The position numbers and the translations under genes are program-made. Shown in pieces: positions 10,905 to 18,734 of a DNA stretch of 64,000 nucleotides; the stretch's first letter is position 1, and every line of letters begins with the position of its first letter. Source of the stretch: a virus (lineage: Duplodnaviria > Caudoviricetes); the IMG/VR virus record IMGVR_UViG_2814123430_000001, positions 691 to 64,690 of that record; one strand, 5' to 3'. Below the pieces are notes generated by a model. The model searched no databases. It was not told the DNA's origin and was given only the letters and a program-made list of their open reading frames with translations.

Positions 10905-10933
10905 ATACTAATAAAACACTGATTAAGTATCAA
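10905..10933 (-). promoter_or_regulatory. Sigma70 promoter of small membrane moron
   Basis: TTGATA-17 bp-TAGTAT on minus strand. Confidence 0.65.
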
Positions 10934-10960
10934 GACCTTGGTTTCGTATTTTGTGGTGTT

Positions 10961-11848
10961 TTATAGAATATCTAGCTGAAATCCTGTTGCTTTAGGGTTG
11001 TAGGTTCGAAGGTGTTTTAATACGCGCCAGTTATTACCTTGCTCGCATTCAAATTGTTCCGTAATGCGTGTTAATACGTTATGTTCCTGACGGAGAGTGC
11101 TACGATATTCGTAAGCCACGCCATAAACGGAGGCGGCGTAGTGCGAACCAATTTTTTTTAATGCCGGGTGAAGTATTTGGCAAAGCTCGGTGCCGCGCAA
11201 TAAAGCAAACCACGCCCAAACAAGCTGTTGGAGTTCATGCTCGGTAAATTCAAAATTAAAGCACTCATCTTTTTTAGGCGTTGTAATCAACTCTCCCTCA
11301 AGCACGATTCTGTGAACATACTCAACCGCTTTCGGTAATTGCTCAAAAGTTAGATCTTCAATTGATTCCACATTAAAGCGTTGGTGAATTAAATGGTAAG
11401 CGTCAGAATAAATTAATCCTTTCTTGCTCACTAGCATATTCACGGCATTGCGTAGGCCCGTGCGATCATCTACCGTGGTTTTACGTTCTGCTTTACCATT
11501 AAACCAATAATCATGTAACGCTTGATAACACTCTTTTTTGTATTTGATTAATGTGTCACGGATTTCTGGTTTACAACGATTAATATCAATACCAAATAAC
11601 CAGCCGTTTAAATATTCGATTGGTAGGCAAATCATATTTTGGTTGCCGCCATTAGTAGGTATGATCATAACGATCATACCTTGAGAAAGAACTTCATCAC
11701 GTTTGATACGTAATACTTGAGGTTCCCATGCAAGACCAATATTTTCACAAATTGGTTTCATAGCAACATAGTGATTGCCATTTTGTTCAACGGTAATTAA
11801 TGACTGATTGTTGAATGAAATTGTTTGAGTTGAGATTTGATTAGCCAT
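10961..11848 (-). CDS. Phage antirepressor (P22 Ant N-terminal domain family)
   Basis: YVAMKPICENIGLAW...CLPIEYLNGWLFGI...YKKECYQALHDYW; start at ATG 11848 after AAGGAG. Confidence 0.85.
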   Translation of the reverse strand: MANQISTQTISFNNQSLITVEQNGNHYVAMKPICENIGLAWEPQVLRIKRDEVLSQGMIVMIIPTNGGNQNMICLPIEYLNGWLFGIDINRCKPEIRDTLIKYKKECYQALHDYWFNGKAERKTTVDDRTGLRNAVNMLVSKKGLIYSDAYHLIHQRFNVESIEDLTFEQLPKAVEYVHRIVLEGELITTPKKDECFNFEFTEHELQQLVWAWFALLRGTELCQILHPALKKIGSHYAASVYGVAYEYRSTLRQEHNVLTRITEQFECEQGNNWRVLKHLRTYNPKATGFQLDIL

Positions 11849-11857
11849 TTCTGACTC

Positions 11858-11874
11858 CTTTTGGATATTTACGA
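11858..11874 (-). promoter_or_regulatory. Downstream antisense target (a2/b2-like) overlapping the ant SD
   Basis: TCGTAAA-TAT-CCAAAAG, complementary to CTTTTGG and TTTACGA in the 11894-11970 RNA; overlaps AAGGAG. Confidence 0.75.
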
Positions 11875-11893
11875 TGTTTACCCATAATAGGGC

Positions 11894-11970
11894 GCCGAGT
11901 GGTTCGTAAACCGCCAAAAGTCGGCCGGGATTATTCCCCTTTCGGGTGTTGTATTCTCCGCCCACTCGGC
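11894..11970 (-). ncRNA. C4-like antisense RNA (77 nt)
   Basis: Closed by perfect 9-bp stem GCCGAGTGG/CCACTCGGC; carries CTTTTGG and TTTACGA, complementary to two flanking target sites. Confidence 0.75.
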
Positions 11971-12044
11971 ATAGATGAAATTGGATTTATGCGTGTTAAG
12001 TCTTAATGGCAATAAAACTAAACGAGATCACAAATTTTACGCAT

Positions 12045-12072
12045 AAAAAAACCGCTATGCTTTCGGGTGCGG
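12045..12072 (-). terminator. Attenuator-like hairpin in c4/ant leader
   Basis: CCGC...GCGG plus T7; its 5' arm can instead pair as GCGGA-AG-TCCGC. Confidence 0.5.
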
Positions 12073-12079
12073 ACTTCCG

Positions 12080-12097
12080 CTTTTGGTAAGGTTACGA
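12080..12097 (-). promoter_or_regulatory. Upstream antisense target (a1/b1-like)
   Basis: TCGTAACC-TTA-CCAAAAG just downstream of the promoter. Confidence 0.7.
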
Positions 12098-12109
12098 GCC
12101 TTGGAACAC

Positions 12110-12138
12110 AATATAAAGTAAAAACCCCGTCTTGTAAA
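12110..12138 (-). promoter_or_regulatory. Promoter of c4/ant operon
   Basis: TTTACA-17 bp-TATATT; the -35 box sits in the loop of the upstream terminator. Confidence 0.65.
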
Positions 12139-12146
12139 CGGGGTTT
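12120..12146 (-). terminator. Terminator of YafO-like operon
   Basis: AAACCCCGT-TTACAAG-ACGGGGTTT plus T-tract. Confidence 0.75.
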
Positions 12147-12152
12147 GAGTTA

Positions 12153-12620
12153 TTATTTCTTATCCAGATGAAGATGTTCATCTAGGAGTTTTAACTTACA
12201 ACTGTAGAAGGGTAGCTTATCTAATTGTTCGCGATTTAGTTGATAAAACGCTTCTGCCTTCTCAACCAATACCGCAATAAACTTATCAATATTTTTATGT
12301 GCATCGGGTGTCACTATATCAAGTATCTGAAAATAATCATCATACATATAATGTTTCACATAAATCAGAAAATTATCACAAGTCCGGTTAAACCCACGGC
12401 AATTTTGCCATGTACGCAATTCAAAATCGGTTTTAGACAATGCAATGTGTAGTTTACGTAATTGGCTATCGCGTGCGGCAGATGAATTATTCAAATCACC
12501 ATAATGCCCAAGAAATTCAGGATAAACTTGTTGCCCTGACATTTCAAAAATTGCTAAACCTTGCGCAATTTTGTTAATATGTGGGAAATGAACTAAATCA
12601 GCATTAAGCGTGATTCGCAT
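12153..12620 (-). CDS. YafO-family toxin-like protein (putative ribosome-associated mRNA interferase)
   Basis: Motif pattern LRKLHI...W...FNRTCDNFLIY...YFQILDIVTPDAH resembles YafO (HL...RTSD.LVY...IL.P.AH); recognised by eye. Confidence 0.65.
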   Translation of the reverse strand: MRITLNADLVHFPHINKIAQGLAIFEMSGQQVYPEFLGHYGDLNNSSAARDSQLRKLHIALSKTDFELRTWQNCRGFNRTCDNFLIYVKHYMYDDYFQILDIVTPDAHKNIDKFIAVLVEKAEAFYQLNREQLDKLPFYSCKLKLLDEHLHLDKK

Positions 12621-13134
12621 TGTAATATTCGCTTCTTAGTTTAGCCGCTTCAGAAATATCATCATATTCAGCTTGAGTTAAATTTAGATCAGCAAATTGT
12701 GCTACCTTTACCAAACCTCTACGTTCACGAATTTTGAAAATAGCTAAATCTAACTGTGCCACGGCATTAGAATAAGCGCGATACTGTGTGCGATATTTAA
12801 AGAAGATCTCTTGCTCATATTTACTAATCAGTAAAGATGAAGTGAAATCCAATAACTGGCGTAACATTAATAATGTATTAAATTTACTATCTTTAAGTTT
12901 AAATTTAACTGCTTTTAATGCACCTGTCGTTTTTTCCACAGAATGCGAAAGTTTTACCAGTGCAACAAACACATCATCAGCTTTCGCATCACTTTTTACT
13001 AACTGGTGAACGCAACCTGCATCATCCTGAACAGACTGCCATGGAGCATTTGCCGTTGCCGAACCTGAACCCAAAAGCCCGGTAAGCAATGTTGTTGCAA
13101 CCGTTTTTTTCACAAAGTTTCTAAGTTTCTTCAT
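12604..13134 (-). CDS. Hypothetical protein, putative partner/antitoxin of the YafO-like toxin; signal-peptide-like N-terminus
   Basis: 176 aa; overlaps toxin start by 17 nt; shares promoter; AT-rich. Confidence 0.6.
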   Translation of the reverse strand: MKKLRNFVKKTVATTLLTGLLGSGSATANAPWQSVQDDAGCVHQLVKSDAKADDVFVALVKLSHSVEKTTGALKAVKFKLKDSKFNTLLMLRQLLDFTSSLLISKYEQEIFFKYRTQYRAYSNAVAQLDLAIFKIRERRGLVKVAQFADLNLTQAEYDDISEAAKLRSEYYNANHA

Positions 13135-13169
13135 TCTGCGTTATAGGAAAAGTAATTATATTTGCGGGA

Positions 13170-13198
13170 ATAATAAAACAAAAATGCATTTTAGGCAA
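13170..13198 (-). promoter_or_regulatory. Sigma70 promoter of two-gene moron
   Basis: TTGCCT-17 bp-TATTAT on minus strand. Confidence 0.6.
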
Positions 13199-13274
13199 AC
13201 TATAAAAAAGCGCGGTCAAATCTTACCTATTTATGGTAGCATTACACCTATTATGACGGACGCTGCCTTTTTTA

Positions 13275-13358
13275 TCACATAAAGAGACAAATCAAGGCTT
13301 GACTTGAGTTTTTAATGCCCAAGGTGTCGCAAAGATCTTTTGCAACAAACCAAAGCTT
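13275..13358 (-). pseudogene. Bro-N domain remnant
   Basis: Frame reads stop-KLWFVAKDLCDTLGIKNSSQAL, the Bro-N WFVAKD.C..LG motif, with no start codon. Confidence 0.65.
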
Positions 13359-13397
13359 TCACGTTCTAAGGTACTATCCAATTATAGGGCTGTCAAA

Positions 13398-13777
13398 TTA
13401 AAATACGAAATTAAGTTGCTCCATTTTATTTAAGCGTTGCATGCCTTCATTATAATTGTGTTTCTCTACCTTTCTACGCTGTAAGCTCGCCCTGCCTCAC
13501 TACCACGCTTTTGGGATTCTGCTTCATTTTCTTCCAGTATTTCACGTTGCTGGCGAATATCTTTCCATTTTGCTACGCCGAGCGTCCAATAATCCCATAA
13601 CACTTCGTAACATTCTTTTTGGTATTCGATCAGTTTCGCTTTAATTTCAGGTTTAACTTTTGAAGGCTTTACACCAAAAAGCCAGCCATTTAAATAATGA
13701 AGAGGAAGACAAACCGCTTCTTGCTCTCCCCCATTTGAAGGCATTCTTATAATACGAACACCTTGCGACAATATCTC
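13398..13777 (-). pseudogene. 3' part of a second antirepressor-like gene split by Mu; also has a probable 1-bp deletion near 13484
   Basis: ILSQGVRIIRMPSNGGEQEAVCLPLHYLNGWLFGV, paralogous to 10961-11848; joins in frame to 48686-48831. Confidence 0.9.
13773..13777 (+). repeat. 5-bp target-site duplication ATCTC (left copy)
   Basis: Identical to 48686-48690; immediately followed by TG. Confidence 0.95.
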
Positions 13778-13784
13778 TGTTGCC

Positions 13785-13882
13785 GTTCGCGAATTTTGAG
13801 AAACGTAACCGCTAAAAGTGAGAATTTTAAAATATCGCAAGTTTCTCATTTTTAGCGGTTAAAATCCAATAATTTTGAGAAA
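13785..13882. repeat. Transposase-binding sites at the Mu right end
   Basis: Copies of AACCGCTAAAAATGAGAAAC at 13785-13804 (degenerate), 13807-13826, inverted at 13841-13860, and a partial copy near 13871-13882. Confidence 0.75.
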
Positions 13883-13930
13883 TAAAAACGCCCTTTAAAT
13901 CATCATTAAAGGGCGTTTAAATTTCAAACA

Positions 13931-14800
13931 TTAAAACTTATAGACCATGTTATCTTCGTACTTCCCGGAATAACTTGCTGAAGCCTTAACAACAACGCGC
14001 TCAGAGTTGTAAAAAGCCTCCCAATTATCAACCTTATCTTCGACCATATACTCAATAAAGCGAACAAATTCACTCTTTGTTGAGCTAAAGAATATATAAG
14101 GTGGGCGTGTGATATTTATTAACCGGAGGAAGTCGATTAAATCAAAATACGTCGCCTGTTTATAGCTTTCCTGGCGGGTGCATAAATACGGTGGATCTAA
14201 CACAAATAACGCTTTAGGGTCGCTGCTAAATTTAGGTAAAAGCGTGTGGAATGACTCGTGCGTAATCTCAAGCCCTTCTAAATATCCATCCGCTTTCGGA
14301 TAATCTGACTGTCTAACACAATGCCAAAAATCGTTCTGAAATAAGTCGTCTAATGTTGCCACTTGTTGGCCGCTAAATAGAAGCCAGCTAGCTAGACAAT
14401 TTAGGTCAATATAGCCTTTGAAATTCTGAATGATTTTGACGCATTCTGCTTTACATTCCTTCGTTAATCTTTTGTTTTTTTGCGTAGCGTTACCGACTAC
14501 CGCGTAAAGCTGCGCACGAAGCGCGTTAATGTCGTCTATATGAGACAATCGCTCAGCATACCCATCAAAGTCGTTATAAATTACGCGAGCTTTAGGCTTG
14601 AGTTGTTTAGCAACGTGGCTTAATAAACCGCTTCCGCCAAATGTATCAATGATAGTCCATCCCTCGCCATCGTTCTTAATATTAGCGTTTAGCACTTCCT
14701 CAAAGTGTTTTAAAAACATCCGCTTTTGACCGACAAATGGAAGTGGAGCTTGTTTAAACATAATACGTTTCGTTTGTTTGTTTGGTTGTTTGGTTGTCAT
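13931..14800 (-). CDS. DNA adenine methyltransferase (D12/Dam-like alpha class) at the mom position
   Basis: PFVGQKR, DTFGGSG SAM-binding motif, DPPY catalytic motif. Confidence 0.85.
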   Translation of the reverse strand: MTTKQPNKQTKRIMFKQAPLPFVGQKRMFLKHFEEVLNANIKNDGEGWTIIDTFGGSGLLSHVAKQLKPKARVIYNDFDGYAERLSHIDDINALRAQLYAVVGNATQKNKRLTKECKAECVKIIQNFKGYIDLNCLASWLLFSGQQVATLDDLFQNDFWHCVRQSDYPKADGYLEGLEITHESFHTLLPKFSSDPKALFVLDPPYLCTRQESYKQATYFDLIDFLRLINITRPPYIFFSSTKSEFVRFIEYMVEDKVDNWEAFYNSERVVVKASASYSGKYEDNMVYKF

Positions 14801-14809
14801 TATTATTCC

Positions 14810-15460
14810 TTATGGTAGAGTTTCGGGGAATGGGTCGTTTGTTATCCAAGTGATCACAGGCATTCTCATGTGGTCGAGATCTGCCGTTGGTACGTTGCCG
14901 TTAAAGCGTAGCTCGATATAATTGCTGTCCCCTTTATGGGCTACATATACCGATGCAATGTTTTCCCCATCATCACTATAAAAAGGTAACATAATAGGGA
15001 CTGTAGCTTGAAATCCTAATGGAATTTTTTGACGAGGCAGAATATCCATTCGTTTTGCGTGGTTTTTTCGGGTAAATTTAGGATTGCCGCTCCCATAAAA
15101 TGAGATTGTTCCCCACCGACCGTTGGTGAAAGAACACTCCACCATATTGCCTACTCTTCTTAGATATATAGTACCTTCTTTAACATTTACCGAGCTACGA
15201 GACATTCCTCGGGAGCCAGTATCACCCGATATAACAATCCATTTGCTATATTGCTTTTGCCAAAGATTTGCGCCAACGCCAGCGCCATCTGTAGAATGAT
15301 AGAGCGTGCCGTTTGGCTCATTCCCAGTGATTTTGCCACCCGTTGTTTCGGGTTTATCTGGTCGCCCGTTGCCTTGCATTAACACAGACGAACCGCCTTT
15401 ACCTTTAACATCTTGAGCTATTAAAGGAATGAGACTTGTCAGTTGATCTTTTAGCGCCAT
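14810..15460 (-). CDS. Hypothetical phage protein, possibly tail-fibre related
   Basis: 216 aa, beta-rich, GNGRPDKPETT segment; in the tail operon. Confidence 0.55.
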   Translation of the reverse strand: MALKDQLTSLIPLIAQDVKGKGGSSVLMQGNGRPDKPETTGGKITGNEPNGTLYHSTDGAGVGANLWQKQYSKWIVISGDTGSRGMSRSSVNVKEGTIYLRRVGNMVECSFTNGRWGTISFYGSGNPKFTRKNHAKRMDILPRQKIPLGFQATVPIMLPFYSDDGENIASVYVAHKGDSNYIELRFNGNVPTADLDHMRMPVITWITNDPFPETLP

Positions 15461-15846
15461 TATGATGCCTTAGCTTTATTGTACTCACCAACTAGGTCTA
15501 GGTTGTCCATTTCTGTTTGCCAGGATTGAAGATTTGCAACGTTATTTTTAATCTCTTGCAGCGTTCCAGTTAAAGCTTCGCGAACAGACTTATCTGACAC
15601 CAACTCTCCAATTTTGGCCGCAATTTCAAACAACGTATCTAAATCTTCAGAAAGCTCACCGCCTTTAATTTTATTTAAAATACGTGTTTCTGCCTGGCTA
15701 ATTAACTCGTTAATTTTAGTGAGCGTAGCTTGTTCTCCGCTGCCTTGTTGAGTTTGAATTGCAGATATTGCCTCATGCAGACTTTTATAATCCGCGCCGA
15801 TGGCCTTGATTGCATCAACTATTTTTTTATGGTTTTGATTTTCCAT
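15460..15846 (-). CDS. Hypothetical coiled-coil phage protein
   Basis: 128-aa ORF with SD; coupled to the next gene. Confidence 0.6.
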   Translation of the reverse strand: MENQNHKKIVDAIKAIGADYKSLHEAISAIQTQQGSGEQATLTKINELISQAETRILNKIKGGELSEDLDTLFEIAAKIGELVSDKSVREALTGTLQEIKNNVANLQSWQTEMDNLDLVGEYNKAKAS

Positions 15847-15853
15847 AGTGCTC

Positions 15854-15985
15854 CTATATTTTGGCTAACTCATAAATGGTTAATAAATCTGGTAAGTCGT
15901 CGTCACTTTGATATATAACTTCACCTTTTTCGACTACCGCCACTATTTCTTGGGGTGGGTCAACCACTGCAACAATGTCATCCAT
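15854..15985 (-). CDS. Small acidic protein (43 aa, MDDIVAVVDPPQEIVAVVEKG...)
   Basis: Translated by hand; fills the gap between neighbours and overlaps the upstream stop. Confidence 0.55.
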   Translation of the reverse strand: MDDIVAVVDPPQEIVAVVEKGEVIYQSDDDLPDLLTIYELAKI

Positions 15986-16358
15986 TACGCGCCTCTGTCA
16001 TATCAGGTGTAACATCAAATTGAAGGTTAATTCTCCCGCCTCTAATTGGCGTTTTAACCCGTCCTTTATTAGATACCGCCTGTAAATCATAGTCCGCCTG
16101 AGACCACGTCGCGTCTTTTGTTAAACTGTGATTAAACGTAATTTTTAAAACGCCTCCTGGGGCATCTATAACTTCGATTTCACCTGTTGTGGATGATAGC
16201 GTTAGCACGGCTTTGCTTCGGACTTTCGCCCATAAATCAAAGCGTGCCATATCACTTAAATCGAGCGGCTTCAATGTTTCATCCGGCTGTTTTTCAAACA
16301 GGCGGACAGTACATTCCTCGTCATCACCACGGTAAAGGTTAATCGTTGTTTTATCCAT
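15978..16358 (-). CDS. BppU N-terminal-like baseplate/adaptor protein
   Basis: INLYRGDD...PLDLS...YDLQ pattern; start moved to MDKTT. Confidence 0.5.
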   Translation of the reverse strand: MDKTTINLYRGDDEECTVRLFEKQPDETLKPLDLSDMARFDLWAKVRSKAVLTLSSTTGEIEVIDAPGGVLKITFNHSLTKDATWSQADYDLQAVSNKGRVKTPIRGGRINLQFDVTPDMTEARNG

Positions 16359-16839
16359 TTTTATGCACCATCGCTGCAAGTTGGTTTGGGCTAAAACGCC
16401 AGCCTTCTTCGCTGTTATAAATTGCGTTAAAGCACCATTCTGAACAAAAATATTTGCTTCGTTTTTGCTTAATTCCAAGCACAATGCCTAACGCACCCCA
16501 CCAGTCATATTTAGCGCCAGTTGTGCGGTTGAAATAAGATTTAATCTGCGCTTCTGTTACGTTATCTAGTAAGACTAAATCCCACTTATCCGTGTCAGAT
16601 AAATCAATCTGCTTACATCGAACACCGCCATCGCGTACAGACGATGAATAGCAATCAAAAACCGTAACGTGTTCATAATGATCGCCTTGAACGAATTCCA
16701 TTCGCTCAATCGCTATCTCGCAGTGTGAGTATTTACCCTTTGTAAAAAAGCGTGTCACTGCATCGGCCAAGGCTTTAAAAGGCTCTTTCAGAAAGCTGCG
16801 TTTATGCTTATAAAACGCGAGATAGATACGGTTAGCCAT
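16351..16839 (-). CDS. Permuted papain-like (NlpC/P60, YaeF/YiiX-type) peptidase/amidase
   Basis: YSHCE near N-terminus and KYD...YFCSEW near C-terminus (His before Cys). Confidence 0.7.
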   Translation of the reverse strand: MANRIYLAFYKHKRSFLKEPFKALADAVTRFFTKGKYSHCEIAIERMEFVQGDHYEHVTVFDCYSSSVRDGGVRCKQIDLSDTDKWDLVLLDNVTEAQIKSYFNRTTGAKYDWWGALGIVLGIKQKRSKYFCSEWCFNAIYNSEEGWRFSPNQLAAMVHKNG

Positions 16840-17455
16840 TGTTATAAGCCTCCATTAATGCATCCATTTGCTTAATAATGTCATCATGGATTGACTGCAT
16901 TTTTTCGATTGTCAATCCTGGCACTTTAAGCTCATACTTACGCATGCGCTGGTTGGCAAGCTCGACCTGTAATTTCTCAAGCCCAGCGGCTTGCCCCAAA
17001 ATCAAATCTGTTGCGGCTTGGTTATTTAACCCGGCGCGTTTAGCAAAGTCCGTGATATATCGACTACATTCGCCTTGATAGCCAGCTGCCTTATATGCTT
17101 CTGCCGCATTTTGGCGCTCGCGATACTCAGATTCAAAACGCGTCCAAGTGCTATAAATTGAGGCAGCGTGAACATCAATGTTATTGATTAGTCGAGATTG
17201 TGTTTCCTTGGTAAACTCAGCTTGCTTTGTCTTTGATAAAACAAACTGTTTTGTCACATTATCAAATTCATGAAACTCGCTTGGCGCTTTACCGGAATAT
17301 TTAACTTTCCCGTTTTCTAGCCAAACCGATCCACCGCCGGTTATACTGGCAGAAATGCCGTCAATTTCTTCGTCGCTCACTTCAATCCAATCTTGACTAT
17401 CTGTTACAAGATAATCAGGCGCGAACGTGTTTGTATTTAAATTAAATAACATCAT
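16832..17455 (-). CDS. Tail fibre assembly protein
   Basis: Follows tail fibre; GKVKY..KAPSEFHEFD pattern. Confidence 0.65.
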   Translation of the reverse strand: MMLFNLNTNTFAPDYLVTDSQDWIEVSDEEIDGISASITGGGSVWLENGKVKYSGKAPSEFHEFDNVTKQFVLSKTKQAEFTKETQSRLINNIDVHAASIYSTWTRFESEYRERQNAAEAYKAAGYQGECSRYITDFAKRAGLNNQAATDLILGQAAGLEKLQVELANQRMRKYELKVPGLTIEKMQSIHDDIIKQMDALMEAYNNG

Positions 17456-17457
17456 AT

Positions 17458-18708
17458 TTACCACCCATTCCATCCTATTGCTAAAATATTAAATCCAGTT
17501 TCGCCACTATTGTGTATCTCCACGACATTGCCATTTTGGATATTGGCACCAACACGTTTTTGACCACCGCCAACGTCGGTTGCCTGTACTATGCAGTAAC
17601 CATTGAATGCTTCTGGCAAGTTTACTTTTGCGTATCCATTAATAGTTACGCGCATTATGATTATGCGCATTACTCCGTTGTCGCCCACCGGGATATCATA
17701 TACTTCTGCGCCTTGGTAATGATTCGGGTAGTATTGATGGCGAAATCTGTTTTTTCGGTATGTATTATTTAATTCTTTCCACACATTATTGATATCGCCC
17801 TGTTTCGCAAAATGGTCATGCAGCCAGCCGTATTGCTTACTCCATAGTGCTCCAGTAGACTTAAGAGTAAGCGCGACTTCGCGACTATCTCTATTCCAAT
17901 TCGCCCCCTCGGGCGTGTTCAAAAATTCGATTTGTGTGCTATTATTACCAGCATCTCGAAACCAAATAGAAGAGCGTGGTACGGTATCCGACTGATAAAA
18001 ATCCACAAACCCAGACGTATTTGGTCCACCAGCTTTATTTCTGATAACTAATCCATTCGCAAACCCACCAGGTGCAGCTCCATCAATAAACAATATCCCA
18101 TTCATCGCGTCGCCGCTCTTTGACACTTTTGTATTAACATCATCCATTAAAGCCATCGTGCCATTACGCTTAGCCGGGGCGTGGATAGCGTACGGAGTAT
18201 TGCCAACACTAGACCAAAATTTAAAATGGTCACCGGCGCTCTCTATACGAAAAATATTCCCATTTTTACCGCCAGCCACCTCATAACCACCGTATCCATC
18301 ATCGTTAGGAACAACTGTGGCGTAGTTTTTGATATTTGATGAATAAGGCACGCATTGATTTGCTTTATCTAGCGCTGCCTTTACCGCTTTCGGTGTAGCC
18401 GCTTCTGTTTCTGATGCACTATTCGTTGATGAGTTTAGCTTAACCACACCTTTCGCCGAAGTTGATGCGCTTGGAAGTGCATGTGTATGACCGTCATCTT
18501 GAGTTGTGCTTGTGCTATCCGCGGTCAAGTCTTTCGGCGCTGATTTTTTTCCAAGCAACTCCAAGGCTTTTTTAAGCCAGGATGTGCGGTTGGCCAACTG
18601 TTTAATGGGTTTATTTGTAATGCCATTCTCACCGCCAAGCACAGGGTCGTTTTCTTCAATTTGATAGACTCCGTCTTCCCATTTGTCTTGTTCTTTTAAA
18701 TTTGCCAT
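17458..18708 (-). CDS. Tail fibre protein
   Basis: N-terminal WEDGVYQIE..DPVLGG...QLANRT..LK attachment motif, HTHALP repeat, KGVVKL segment. Confidence 0.88.
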   Translation of the reverse strand: MANLKEQDKWEDGVYQIEENDPVLGGENGITNKPIKQLANRTSWLKKALELLGKKSAPKDLTADSTSTTQDDGHTHALPSASTSAKGVVKLNSSTNSASETEAATPKAVKAALDKANQCVPYSSNIKNYATVVPNDDGYGGYEVAGGKNGNIFRIESAGDHFKFWSSVGNTPYAIHAPAKRNGTMALMDDVNTKVSKSGDAMNGILFIDGAAPGGFANGLVIRNKAGGPNTSGFVDFYQSDTVPRSSIWFRDAGNNSTQIEFLNTPEGANWNRDSREVALTLKSTGALWSKQYGWLHDHFAKQGDINNVWKELNNTYRKNRFRHQYYPNHYQGAEVYDIPVGDNGVMRIIIMRVTINGYAKVNLPEAFNGYCIVQATDVGGGQKRVGANIQNGNVVEIHNSGETGFNILAIGWNGW

Positions 18709-18734
18709 AACTGTCCTTTAAATTAGCTTTAAAT

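Noticed and set aside
13778-13849. N-terminus MRNLRYFKILTFSGYVSQNSRTAT of ORF 13466-13849
   Set aside because: It is Mu right-end DNA read into the split gene; the real 5' part is at 48686-48831
14810-18708. Invertible tail-fibre cassette or diversity-generating retroelement
   Set aside because: No invertase or reverse transcriptase ORF, no gix-like inverted repeats, and no template/variable repeat pair seen
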